62,814 bases of DNA, filler included, from Choristocarpus tenellus KU-1152 (GCA_964200185.2; 9 parts of 9 records of this genome joined end to end with filler, not necessarily neighbours in it), one strand, 5' to 3'. Shown: positions 1 through 12,958, counted from the whole stretch's first letter. Made by a program: numbers and translations. The notes: generated from the sequence alone by a model not told the origin.

Positions 1-29
1 CCCCCCTCCCCCCCAAAATACTTTGGGTC
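1..29. mobile_element. Right end of a MITE family copy
   Basis: (C)n CAAAATACTTTGGGTC. Confidence 0.6.
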
Positions 30-589
30 TCCTCCTCCTCCTCCTCCTCCTCAATACCTCTCTTGCTTCCCACGACATACTGGCCACATCTGATATACTA
101 GCAATCGTAGGACCTATACCTTGGACGCCTTAGAGTTCAGCATAGGAAAAACCTAGTGTTGTGAATACATCAACTTGCCAACGGCTATTAACTGTATCGG
201 CCTGAAAGAGCTTTGATGTACAAATGGCTGAAATAAAGCATGTAAGCGCAGAGCACTCAAGAGGAGGATGGTTATGAAGCGATGGGGGGTGCAAGGAAAT
301 TTCTTGAGAATTGCACAGCATGCATGCATGCAAGAAAATATCCTTCTGGTGTATATATAGCTTTTATTTACGATCTCAGCTACTCCTCGATCGCGAGGAA
401 ATCAACTTTGATGGAGTTGTTACAATTCCTGCCGCTAAAGAAGAAGTGTTTTTGGTGATGCCACCCTCCCTCTGTTCAACCCACCTACAGATGATGAGTC
501 TGTACAAAGGGTGATTGGGTTGTGGGGGTTGTAGGGCAGAGGTACACCATTATTGGATTAGTGTGACATCCAGATCATTTCCGTTGGTG

Positions 590-660
590 CAGATGCTTTG
601 TCTGTCCTTAATGTTTCCCACCCCCAGATGCTTTGTCTGTCCTTAATGTTTCCCACCCCC
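590..660. repeat. 35-bp perfect direct duplication
   Basis: cagatgctttgtctgtccttaatgtttcccacccc at 590 and 625. Confidence 0.9.
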
Positions 661-1022
661 CGATTTTAAAATAGCAGTTTATCATATATATTCCCTTGGG
701 ATAGCTCACAGAACATGGGTGATAATATTTTTTAAGTGACAGGGATAACGAGTTCTCCATAGCTCAACTCAGCGGGTCACCTATAAAGATTCGACTGCTG
801 GGATGGCCATGGGATCTGACCCTTGCCTCCAAGGGCAGCTTACCTATTAGCAAAAGGTTGGTAATGTGCCAACAAGATGAAGTCAATAGCGTGGATGGAG
901 AAGAACAGAGACAGCTGCAATACGCGATCGTTGATCAGTGCCCCCACACAAGCCACAGAAAAGCACTGCTCCCAGAATTTGCACCCATGGTTAGGTAGGA
1001 GGATGTGTGTACATTGCATGTG

Positions 1023-1073
1023 GGGGTCAGGGTCAGGGTCAGGGTCAGGGTCAGGGTCAAGGTCAGGGTTAGG
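1023..1073. repeat. (GGGTCA)n variant telomere-like array ending in GGGTTAGGG
   Basis: Direct reading. Confidence 0.9.
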
Positions 1074-1370
1074 GGAATATGGGGGTATTCTTGGTTGTTA
1101 GTCACATTATCAATGGAAGCATCCAACAGCTTCTGTGCCGTGACCATTTTGAGCGTTGGGGAATTTGTGGTTGGGCAAATCAAATGCATTGGTGTCATTG
1201 GTTTTCAAAGTAGTCACTCCAGAGTAGGATTCGCATTACTTCCACAGAGGAGGACATGCATGACAGCACCATTCTAATGTAAGGAAAGGTTGAGGGATGA
1301 TTACACCTGAAAAGTATGGAGGTAGGTGCAATCACTCCTGTACCACTGTAACTATGGATGCAATACCTCA

Positions 1371-1551
1371 GGCTAAAAGTATTTGGGGGAGGGTGGCGGC
1401 TGTCCATTCGGGGTCAATTTTTTCATGTCACGATTTTTGGGTGATTTGGTTGCATATGTCGGATTGATAATGTAAATGCACCTTTTCTGATTTTTGTCCA
1501 AATCGACACTCTGGGTCGGCCCCCCCCCCCCCCCTCCAGGTACTTTGGGTC
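1371..1551. mobile_element. Complete ~181-bp MITE (poly-G/poly-C TIR family)
   Basis: Termini GGCTAAAAGTATTTGGGGG ... CCAGGTACTTTGGGTC. Flanked by a TCA duplication (1368-1370 and 1552-1554). Confidence 0.8.
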
Positions 1552-4500
1552 TCACCTTGATGAGAAAAAGTGCAAAGTATATGCTGCCAGTCCTGTTGAA
1601 GTCAATGAAGATTGGCTCAAAACCTATCCTAAACCACTCAGCCTCTCTACACTTTATCTGAGCAATAACAACCATGACAGGGAAGGAGCAGCAATAGAGT
1701 TGTTACTTCAAAATGATGCATTTGTACATAGGGAATATCAAGTAAAACATGATAAGGATCGTGGGCTGTCTTTGCTGTTGTCTAGTCATTTGATGCGGAG
1801 TGAACCCCAGGACATGGTATGCTGACTGAGTTGGTAGAGTCAAAGCATTACTGACTGGGTTGAGGTTTAACTTATGTCGATGACAGAAAATCAGACAAGA
1901 GCTCATCTTCACATCATCTCAAGGTTGAGGGTCGGCAACGTAATTGCCCACAAGAAGCACAGGAGTACCCGCAAAGTACAGTAAAGACTTAAGTATGTGA
2001 AAGTCCTTCGAATTTTCCCTCCCCCTTCATTTGCCGTAACCAGCAACAAGAGATAGCAATTAAAAAAAAGGGGGAGCAAAAAAATACCATATTGAATGTG
2101 TTACCATAGTCAACGTGTTTGACAATAGTCCTATTGACCTGCCTTTCCCATTGATGATTGAGTTTTGAAGGTTATGGAATGTGCAAACTACAAAATGGTT
2201 GGATAATTCTCTGAGTGTGTAGCTGCTCTAAATCATTCCGTGCACACAAGGACGTGGTAACACCGATGGGTACACTCAAACCTCGTCAGATAATTGAGCA
2301 TTTTCCCACCGACCATGGTCAGCCCAGGAGAATATGGCCTCACCTCTGCTCATCCTGGCAAGCTGTTACATGTTTTTTAATGATCGAAACAGGTCAGCAG
2401 GGTGGACAAAGGAAGTCATATGCTATAGTGTGTCTTTGAGCTTGATATCCCAGTTTGATTCCCTATCCAATATCCCAGTGTGGTCCTTGAATAAAGTAAC
2501 AAGTCGATGAAGGCTTAGTACCTAGGAACTATCCAGGATCATTATATATTGCTTGCCTACACTCCAGCAACTGCTACATCATCGTAATGGTTTCGAGCTT
2601 TCACATATCTTGTGAGTTCTGTACAGTCCCGAGACATCTTAATCTGCACATACACAAGTACTGTTGTAGTACCAGTTGCGATGTCAATGTTTGTTGAAGG
2701 TACAGCAAATCGAGGTCCATACTGTGGTACAAAGTTAAAAGCGTGTAAAATGGCATCAATCTGGAAGCTGGCAAAAATTGCCTTAGGGAAGTTACTGGTT
2801 GTGCTGAACAATGGGGGCCTAGGTCCTAAAATGGCCTCTTTAGGTGTAGTTTAGAAACTCATCGTCTTTGTGCAGCAGACACTTGAGAGCTGAGGGAACT
2901 ACTACAGCAAGCAGGATGCGCATTGCATAGCCAAAGAGATTATTTAGCTGCAGGAGTAAATGAGATGAAAGCTTTTTGCAACGTGTGGAGGGACAACCAT
3001 ATTTTGTACTACTGTGTATTAATGATCGTGCCTTGGTACCAATGCCTTCAGAATTGCCATTTTCGGCCTTGGCAGTGCCATGATCGTGACTGTTACGAAA
3101 GATTAGTAGGTCACCAGGAAGAACGCGCACGTAGATAGTGCGCAAGACCATCACAACCATCAGCACAGGAAACGCCAGCTGAGGAAGAAGCGAGGGTTGA
3201 ACAAGGTTGCTTAGGCTAGCAAGGAAGGGGTAGAGATGCGAAAGGGCTATTGATGTGATGGATGGAAGAGGGCATAGGTAGATGTGATGTACACATCATG
3301 CAATTGCTTCAGTTATCGAGCGATCACTTCATCTGTCGTGTGTTTTTGTCCTCACTCGCGACATGTTGGCGCCCATTCGTAATCTACACACCAAAATAAT
3401 TAGCAGTTGTCATTTGGCGTTTTGCGTGCATCCTTGTCTAGATGTCATTTATTCTCCGAACTTCTTGTGGGTATATTATTTTCTAATTGATAAATTTGGA
3501 CTCGTACCTAGTGTTAATCATACCTTCTCGGCCTTTTGGCTAAGATCATGTGTAGTATCTGTTCTATCTAGTGTGAAAACTAGATGATCTCCAATGGAGA
3601 TCAAATTTCACACCTGTTTTTGAAATCGCTGGGTTAAGTGTCGCTTGCGGCACTCTGGCTGGATTTCCTTGGCATTACACTTCAGCCAAGTGAGGTCCGT
3701 CCCTACGGGGACACAAAACTAACGACTAGACAGTCCAATACCCCATACCATCCGTGTCTATAATTGACCGAGTTTTCCACTTAAAGAAACAACACCCCGA
3801 CCCGATATCCACACATAGGCAAGCGAACGCACACCTTGAGAACACAAACAGTTTGTACACCAACACAACAGCATTTAATGTATATAACTTTAATGAGCAG
3901 ATAGCACTACCCATGCTGCTTCGTATCAACAAGCCATTAATCGTTTAGGCTGGTCATAGCAAGCAGCAACACACAAACAGCCCCCCACAAAATCCAAAAT
4001 ACCAAGAGAAAACAGCAGGTTGTTGATCACTGTCTGCAAGTAGCATATAGTTCCCTCTGGATCGACCAACCCAACCACCAACCACGTTTCACACACACTG
4101 AAGCTTCTCCTGTGCTACAATGTATTTGTCCTCGGACGATAGTTTATGTGCAATAAAATGTACACTACCCCAGGATTCCAAGGAGGTGGACCTTGTGTCC
4201 TTGTCAATTTTGTATGGCATCTGCAATGTAAATGGGTGGAAACTTGTGACCACTGATCCAAACAATTGACACATTCCGAAAAGGAATCAACCCCTTTCAA
4301 CGCCCTGTTGCACAGATAGTTCCTCAACCCACCCTGTATCATAGACAAACGCACCAATAATGCACTTACCATAGTGAGAAGGGCAATCCAGAAGTATCTT
4401 GGACAAGAACTGCGCAGCATGGATGCCTGAGCCGTAATAGCTCCCTCAAAGGCAAATATGAGAAAGATAAGCTCAATGTGGGGAAAGTGGAGCCAGAATG

Positions 4501-5357
4501 AGGTTGAGCGCCTGCGACAGTGCAGTATTGGGTTCATTATATCACCCACCACTGCCCTATTTTTGCAGTTTGGGAAACATCAGATTGGTTGAGGGGGGGG
4601 GGATTGAGTTGGACACGGTGCATTTGAGTCAGATCAAGAGTGGCAAGTTCAGATAGGGAACCCAGACATGGGCTGAAGGTTCCAGAGGGACAATGTCTCA
4701 CCCAACTACCTAGAAGGAATGAATGGAGATGCCTAGAGTTGAACCCAGAGTGCACCTGTCACACTGCCAGCATTGAATTACCAGCACTGTAACAGGCACC
4801 ATTTTGGTAAGGGAAGCATGTAGTAGTCAGATGCATGACATGGACTGGAGACTTGGCAATTACTGCATGTGTGTATGTATGTGGCAGTGTAGTACTTACT
4901 AAACATGTGACTAGAGTGAAAGTAACCGAGAGGAATGTGTGTTTTGGCTGCTTCGAGTTTCAGGGTTTTTTCTACTTAAAGAAGACCAAGACATTCGAAA
5001 AAGGGCATTAAGACGGATAACTTGGTCCTTAGAACTGAATATACTCACAGCACATCCAACATGAACTCCAAAACGCTGTGGACCTTTGCTCCAAAAAACA
5101 TGTGCTACCAGAAAGTCAGCTGGGCCCTTGATGCCCAACGGCAACCCCTTTTAGTTACCTTTGAATCTTACGACAACTAGAAGTTGTTGGTCATTGAATG
5201 GATAAGATGAAGAACACCTAAGTGGTACATCATGTACACATGCTCAACACATACAAGAATAATTTTGATGGGTGGAGTTAGTGTCAAGAGGCAATATATT
5301 GATTTGATGGATTGAATTGCCGGGATCTTGAAAAATACATTTTTATTTTAATGGAAT

Positions 5358-5441
5358 GGCCCAAAGTATCTGGGGGGGGGGGGAGGCGTCTATATTAGGG
5401 TGTCCATTTGGGTCATGACCAGGAATAAGTGCGCTTACATT
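5358..5441. mobile_element. MITE family end, cut by a spacer
   Basis: GGCCCAAAGTATCTG(G)n...GGGTGTCCATTTGGG, the reverse orientation of the family right end. Confidence 0.7.
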
Positions 5442-5541
5442 NNNNNNNNNNNNNNNNNNNNNNNNNNNNNNNNNNNNNNNNNNNNTTAATTAATTAANNN
5501 NNNNNNNNNNNNNNNNNNNNNNNNNNNNNNNNNNNNNNNNN
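5442..5541. other. Artificial 100-nt assembly spacer (also 11123-11222, 14050-14149, 17261-17360, 20213-20312, 27293-27392, 51857-51956, 59257-59356)
   Basis: Eight identical N44-TTAATTAATTAA-N44 blocks. The palindrome places stops in all six frames. Confidence 0.98.
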
Positions 5542-5637
5542 TTTCCCCCATACTTCTTCTTTAACCCTAACCCTACTTCTCCTACCCCCCCTTACCCTTT
5601 AAACACACTCTCACATGTTTCTCACGTCAAATGACAG

Positions 5638-8600
5638 GTGGTGGTACCCCTATTCCTGAGGATTCTCACCTCGACCTGTGGGAAGGGTTCCTCTTGGAGG
5701 CTAGGATTCAGAGCGGCAGGGGGGGAGGAAAGGTTGTGAACAATGAAAGCCCAAAGGTTCCAGCAGAAGTGTCAAGCCTTGGAGCATCAGAAGTGGAAGG
5801 AGAAGCAGATGGAGTGTGGAGGCAAGGCGAGATCTACATGATAAACCCCAGGGACATCGTCACAGTGCGTGGTGTCAAGCGCTACCCTAAGGGGACCTTC
5901 GGAATCAGGTCACTTTTTATACATTGGGCAAAAGCTGTGCGAGTTTTGGACACATAGGAAAGAAAAAATTCACTACTATTTCCCTCATCTGTCAGTAAAA
6001 TTATATGCCTATGGTGCTCCATTAATTGTCACCTCCAGGTTGTTACCTGATAGTGCTTTCTGACAACATGAATTAAATGAACTGCTGCTTGTGGAGTTAA
6101 TCAATCATGTGTGGTTCCCCCGCCCTTCAAAACTGTCAGTGCTGTCGAATTATTTTGATGATTCCATGAACCTAGAGTTCCTCAAAGCAAGTCTCTATCC
6201 CGCCAAAATTGCATGTAGATAGACAGATAGTTTCCATTTCCTTGTTCCTTGCCGGTCCTCATGCTGTACTGGGATGCAGATTCCTGGACACAGGCATAGA
6301 AATACCTGATGTGCCTCGAAGCTGTTTACGGATAATCAGTTTGACAGAAGGTATGCAAGTGGAGGCAAGGTACAAGGGAGGCAAGGATTACTACCCAGGA
6401 GTGATAGCAGGCCTTAATTGCAGGTTTGTTCAAGCCATATGGTTTCTTCAAATTCCAATATACCTCTTCAGTACCAAGCAATATTGATGCTCCACAAACC
6501 CTTTTTCTTGGGCTGCATCTAAGCAGTATACTATACCCTTCTGGGCATGTCTTACTCGACTGACTTCAACTGATCAGTGATATGCTGCTCCTGAAACTGT
6601 GTGATATGGGCAACAAAACTGGAGGTTGTCAGGTGATGTAGATACAGGCATATAGACTTTCGGGTCAGTGCAATGATTGAGCACCCTTTTCGCCTTTCAT
6701 TTCACCCGAGATATACCTGCCTACTCCCTCATCTCAGCCCAATGATCAGGCAGCTGTCCACCGATTAAGATCCGGTATCACACATACATGCAATCATGAA
6801 TGCTCACTACCGACCTCGTTCCCTGTTGCATATATCTGTCTTCCTCGAAAAGAAATGGTCGGATCCTCAGCTATGTGGTGCAGTATGATGATGGAGATGT
6901 GGAACAGGCCGTCAAGAGAGGCAACATTGCTCCTTTTCCTAGTGAAGTGAGCATTTATTCATGGGAGATAGAAGTGATATGGACGGGGTCTAGTGTGAAA
7001 GAGTTACAGACAACATGTTGTGTGGTCGTATGAAAAATAAAACCCTGATCAAAAAATAGACCTGATATAACAATGAGAACTGTCCCCATGTGATGATGAG
7101 TCTTGATATTCTAAGTGCATAGATTGCTTTACAAATGAGGGCTTCCGATGGTGGGTGAGAAAGTAATATCATGCGTAGCCTTTGCTTCCCATCTTGATTC
7201 GCGTCTCATTGTCAGTGTACTTTTGGCATGGTCTGCCAAACATCCCCACCACCTCGTACACCTTACAGCTGCCCTGCAGTAGATACACAACATCGACCAT
7301 CCTAGCATTTTTTCGTGTTTTTTTTGTACTCTTTGCATGCAAGAATACCCCCAGAGGATTTTAGAGAATTGGAGGTGTTCTCAAGTACTTTACTCCTTGA
7401 AAATAGAGCCCACCAACATCTGAGTCCAGAAGTGAATCCATGCTGTTTCAGAAGAGCTCCAGTTCCTGCAGAAAATTGCAGAAAGTCCAACATTCCTTGG
7501 AACTTCTGCGTCCAACCAAGGTCAAGTCTCCACCCTCAACCTATTTTCGATACCCCATTCCTTTTATGTCAGTCCCTACCTTATACTAAATAGCCAAACA
7601 GTCTGCAAGAACCTTCTTTGGTATGGGCACCCGTGCATTTACTTCCCGATTCCCGTGGCACCAACTTGACCTACACCCTCTTCACAACATAGTTGGCTGT
7701 CATACAATCTAAGGAGGATGAGCGGGAGAGATATTACAAACTTTGTGAAGAGCAGAGGAAGAACCTCCTTGAACGCAGGTCAGAAAGCGTTTCAAGAGGG
7801 TACAGGTAGAGACAAGATTTGATGTTGATAAGTAGCTCACCACTTGAAATCTAGGTACACCGCAATCTCTCTGTGCCCTAATGTCCTTTATCTACAGTAT
7901 TGCTCAGACTCGTGCCCAGATTTCTTGCCATCCATACCACCCAGCAAAAGGGTCTTCAAATCATCCCTAAGAGTTTTTGTGTAAGAAAGATGAGGCCACT
8001 CCCAACATCCTGATCCTGTATCAAACAATACATCTACAACACTCAATTCAAAGGTTGGAACGGGAGTCTTCCTGGAAATCGCACCTGCGCAAGCTTGAAG
8101 AGAAATATTTGGCTGCAGCTGCTGCAGGCTCTTGCCCATCACCCTGTTCTGGCAAGAGCAGTGCATTAGAGAGAAGTAATGCTACTGAGAGTACTGTTAT
8201 GACCATCAAGCCAGCAGCCAAGTTGAGGCTACATGGCCGGGCCATCCAAGGGGAGGCAGGAGTTGGAGTTGGGGCAAGTACAAGAGGTAGAGATCAAGCA
8301 AATATAAGAAAAGCGGAAGGGATTGGTGCGGCAAAAACATTTGATGCACTTTCTTGCATAGGTGAGTGCAGAAGTAGAAGCCAAGGGGGGAAAAAAAAAT
8401 TTGGAAAGGGAGAATGTTGGGGAGGTAGCAAAAGGTCAACAGCCAAAGACACCAGGTGCCCAGTATTGGGGTATGCTCACATGGTTGGATAAAAGCAGGG
8501 TTGGGTCCATAACTGTTAGGAATGCCAACACAGTTTTGACTCAAAGTATCTGGGGGAGGGCTGGGTCTGCACTAGGGTGTCCATTCGGGCTCTGACCAGG

Positions 8601-10740
8601 AGAAGTGCACCTTCTTTGCCACCCTTGAGGACCTTGTAGATGAGCAGTTGCAATATCCACCTTTCCCAGCTCTCTCCGTCCAGACAAATACTGTACCCAA
8701 AATTGTATCAACCACCAAGCCTAGACAATGCAATGATAACCCTGATTCTGCAATCATTATCCTATTGAAGTGCAGCTCTGAATATGTCAACATAACGGAA
8801 CAGCAGTCTCTTAAAGCTACCCATCATCCAATAACACTCCTGAAAATGGAAGGAATGATTGAGGCAGCCTTGCAACTGGTCGAGGCGACTCGCCCACAGT
8901 GGAACGTGGCCCTCAAGATTGAATATATATACCAAGCTACCAGATACGGATGGAGAGCCATCAATGCTAGAGGTGGCACCACATTGTGGATCTGTAACCT
9001 AACCGGGGCTATGATGAAGACCAGGCCAAGGTAGAAAATTGAAAACGCGGTGACAAAGAACAGGAGTGGGAGTGGTGTTGACATTCTGTTTCTGCAGCTT
9101 CTACTCTGCAGCGCCCTCAACCTAAAAATGTATTGTCTCACGCCTCCCCTTCTGATATTGAAGGTATACATTTGATGAGATTGCTGCAGCAAGAAAACTA
9201 CAGGCTACATGGGCAGGACTCCAGGGAAGACGATTATTTGCCAAGCAACTGGCTGCAGAGAGTATCCGGGGTCTGGCACAGGCTTGCATCGCCGATGCTG
9301 CAAGTCATGCATGGGTGGGGCATGGGCAGGTAGGAAAAAAAGGGAGTAAGGGAGACGTTATAGATAGCGCAACAGCGTGTGGGGAGGGCAATCGAGTACA
9401 CCTGGGTCATTGGTGTAATGTGAGAAATGAAGACACCAATATATTAGGATATATTCTGAGAAACTAGAAGATGAAGTTGGGGATAGAGATTGTGTCAACA
9501 TTGGACAATGGGTCTATAGCCAACCCGTCTTAACTCCACGCCTAGAATTACCCATCCCTTCCAAAGCCCTTACACCGACGCCAAGAGTACACCCACACCA
9601 CCTACACTCTCACCAAAATGCCCTGGGTACCACATTGCAGGAGGGCTTGAGTGCAGAGATGTGGTTACTTCGTGCAGGACTTCACCCCCGAGATGCTCAA
9701 GATGCTGCAGACATAGCTTCAAAAACCGTACCACGCACCCTGAACACTCAAAGGGCAGGGAAGAAGCAAAGAGAGGTTCAATTGGCAAAGTCTTCTTCTA
9801 GGGATGGAAGAGGAGGGCCAGGGCATCGTCTAGGACCTCTTGGGTGTGTGTTTGTAGTGAACAAGCAGAAGGTATCATGGATAGGGAGTGCTGTTCATCT
9901 TTCAACTTTGAGAGAGGGCTGACAAACTGACTTTGGTCTGTACAGGGATGAGAAATGGACAAAACGTCTTGTGAAGTGCTCATTTTTAGGCATGTCGGAA
10001 GTCTATATTTGTGCTATCACTTGTAACAAACACGATACCCCTCACTATCATGAGCAATAGTAACCTTGCACACCATGTTGTAGCATTCTTTCTTTCAAGA
10101 ACATACCCTGTCTCTGGAATGCTTCATGAAAACATCACCAAATGTTTCTTACCTCATGCCCCAAAGAGTGAAAGTATCTTAGACGGTACGATTTTTTCCC
10201 TGTTTGTCCTTTTGGGGCTTGGATTTCCACGGGTTTTTTCACATTTTCCTACTCCGAAATGTTTTGGAGTAGGCAAATATATACGTTATAACAAGGTGTG
10301 TCAGGAAGAAGGATACTGACGCTTCCTAACACACACAATAGCCAAAACTACATAAAATCGAAATATTGGATTTTGGCCCCCAAACGAACGCAGCTCTACC
10401 TTCCAAGATACTTTCCGCCCTCCTACTATGAATTTCACCCAACAATACAAAAAATGTGAGCTCTAGCAACCACCCGCATCCCATGAAAAAATCCATCTCC
10501 CATGTGCCCAGGTGTGAAGTGCTTTGCTCCTGGCTCAGAAGCAAGCCCCGGCAAGCAGTTTCTGCCGCTTCTGCAGTTGGGGAAGGAGGTGTACAAGAGA
10601 GTGAAGTAGTGAAAAGGCTAGCCAAGCTAGGAATTGGGAAGGGGAACGATCAAAGACGCATTGTTGCCATCCTCATGGGCAGAGATACATTCCCCGAACT
10701 TGTGAACTGGTTCAAGGCACGTGCCCTGTGTAAGGATTGA
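5638..10740 (+). CDS. Multidomain protein: tandem Tudor/Agenet-like, coiled coil, degenerate WW, IQ motif, SAM-like; partial
   Basis: Phase-consistent exons 5638-5908, 6280-6423, 6853-6946, 7693-7778, 8054-8361, 8817-9030, 9164-9329, 9641-9843 and 10512-10740 (or ending at 10716 if AAG|gcacgt is a GC donor). Motifs: EGMQVEARYKGGKDYYPGVI..SYVVQYDDGDVEQAVKRGNI (Tudor); YGWRAINARGGTTLWICNLTGAMMKTRP (WW-like); AARKLQATWAGLQGRRLF (IQ); EMWLLRAGL..LAKLGIGKGNDQRRIVAIL (SAM-like). Confidence 0.75.
8538..8612. mobile_element. Truncated MITE family copy in an intron
   Basis: GACTCAAAGTATCTGGGGGAGGG...GGGTGTCCATTCGGG..ACCAGGAGAAGTGCAC. Confidence 0.65.
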
Positions 10741-11105
10741 CCAACTGATCAGCCGGTGTGGGGAAGGATTGACATTTGCATTAGAGAATGTTGTTGGATA
10801 TTGAGCACATAAGGATGTCTTTTTTTCATAGTATAGTACATTACCTTTGCATAAAGATTCTCCAGGTGCTGTCATGTGATGAGCCAAAGGATTATTGAAG
10901 GGATTGATTTATGTCCCCTTGAGTGTAAAGAACAAAAAAAGTCTCTGCATTACACCCCCATCCCCATGCCCGAAATGTAGCTAATCCCCATAAGGAGGCC
11001 ATGGCCGTACAAAAGGAGAAGAACATTATTCTATGTAATCACAACATTGCCCCACAGTCCTAGGAGTACACATACCAGAAGGTAGTCACAGAGGTCCCTT
11101 ATAGT

Positions 11106-11270
11106 GGCTCGAAGTATCTGGGNNNNNNNNNNNNNNNNNNNNNNNNNNNNNNNNNNNNNNNNNNNNTTAATTAATTAANNNNNNNNNNNNNNNNNNNNNN
11201 NNNNNNNNNNNNNNNNNNNNNNATGGACACCCTGCTGTAGACACCCCCCCCCTCCCAGATACTTTGGGTC
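11106..11270. mobile_element. MITE family copy spanning the spacer
   Basis: Left end GGCTCGAAGTATCTGG before the spacer. Right end ATGGACACCCTG..CCCAGATACTTTGGGTC after it. Confidence 0.65.
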
Positions 11271-12768
11271 ATTATTGGCATGTGTTTGCGCGTGATGGCC
11301 TTGTTTGGTTGTATAGGGGTGTTGTTTGTTGATCTTTTTGAGAAACGGATAGTTTTATGTATGATAGAGTATACACTTAGGCAGCAAAATGAATGAATGG
11401 GATACGCTTGTTTGCCTTACGTAACTTGTAAAATATTATGTGAAAGGTGTCAGTGGTGGTTGCAGATTAGGAGAACAAAATGACACTGGTTTGGATGTCA
11501 GGATTGGACGTTATGGGAGGAATTGTTTTGGGTTAGAGGGGATATAAGGGGATATGTGACATCTGTACATGGACAGCGTGGATTCATTCGTGCGGGGCAT
11601 TGTTCTCTTAGAAGCATTAAGAAGCGTTTCTCAGCTTGTCCGTCCGTGACATGTGAATAGTTGGCACTCCATGAACAAAGCTAGCACTCAGCACCTCGAA
11701 GTCTTCAGTGACAAAGACGTCCAGTGACGGACAGAAGGGGTTGAAACGTCGATGTCACCCCATCATCGCCTATTTCAACATCAGGAGCAATGCCGACGAG
11801 GATGGATTTGTATACCTAGCGCGGGTGTGATCGGTGCTAAGATCTTTCTTTACACATTCTAGGAATGTGTTGACCTGGAGATCAGGTGTGGACTCGAATT
11901 GTTCCCAAGCCAGCACAACTCGCAACGCGCTCGCCAATGATGCAAATCTGTTTTTCTTGTCAAACAACCAAGAGCAAGGTCGTTCCAAGTGCAGTCGTTT
12001 CCTTCCATACCTTCTGGACCATCGTGGTTGACAAACATGGAGAGGAAGAGGTCTATGATCCGGTCCGTTTTGGATTTCTTCCACGAACGAGCGGCACTGG
12101 TCTTGTGCAGTCTCTTTAGTCCCCGTTTCCTGAGTGGGATTCAAACGAGGTTACGATATGAGTTGGTGAGTTTGTTTCCCTTTGACATTAGTGATCGATC
12201 TGATGATGCAATAGATAATACTGCCACTTTGTTCGGGCGAAGGGGCTAGCACAATTTTTGGACATGAGTGTTCCACGGTGTACGGCCGTGTTGGATGACA
12301 CCCCACGTTGAAAGCGTAGAGAAGGGTGTGTTGGATACATCAAGAACCGAAACCACCCCGATTAGAATATCCTGAAAAGGTGTGCATCGCGTATGTGGTC
12401 ACTCGCGATCCACATCAAAAAGGTTATGAATACATACCATGAAGCATATAGGGACCAAGTGAATTGAGGTAGTTTATCGAACGGTAGAGTGTGTGTTTTG
12501 ATCTGATTTTGGGGGGAAACAGTTGACAAATGCTTGGTGGGTATCGCCCCAGATAATATTGGCGTATGTGTGTACTAAAATTGGCGTGTTCTGTCAAACG
12601 GTAAACTATTATGTAGGATAGGTTTTGTGGTGAAAGGGATACTGAACGCTTCATGTGGTATCAGTCAATACATATCCCCAGATGCACATACAATTGTATG
12701 TGCCTCTTTCTCTACAGGGGATATGAGATTGCAATTGAGTTTTGTGGAAAGTCGAGGACGATGGATTC

Positions 12769-12958
12769 GAGGCGTGCGGCTTCAAATAAGTTGGTTATAT
12801 AGACAGCCGCAACTTTTGCCATACCTTGCCATATGGTAAAGTATGGCAAAAATGATATGAGGCGTGTGGCTTCAAATAAGTTGGTATATGGACCGCCGCA
12901 ACTTTCGCCACACTTTGTCGTATGGTAAAGTATGGCGAAAATGACATGAGGCGAGTGG
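12769..12958. repeat. ~90-bp tandem repeat (~2.1 copies)
   Basis: gaggcgtgcggcttcaaataagttgg.. at 12769 and 12859, with a partial third copy at 12948. Confidence 0.9.

Larger units (their letters stand above)
60..2560 (-). mobile_element. Degraded Ty3/Gypsy LTR-retrotransposon pol remnant
   Basis: Minus-strand RNase H-like motif PLPYNPHNPITLCTDSSSVGG (~480-545). Downstream-like segments include FLAI and NSRW. Protease-like segments ILDS..FID and ILLG*PW lie at ~2300-2545. Many stops and frameshifts. Confidence 0.55.

Noticed and set aside
5486-5497. Recurring TTAATTAATTAA palindrome as a biological motif
   Set aside because: It is always centred in identical N runs, so it is an artificial six-frame-stop spacer.
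12656-12664. tRNA-Met primer-binding site TGGTATCAG
   Set aside because: Only a 9-nt match, and no supporting LTR or gag was recognised.
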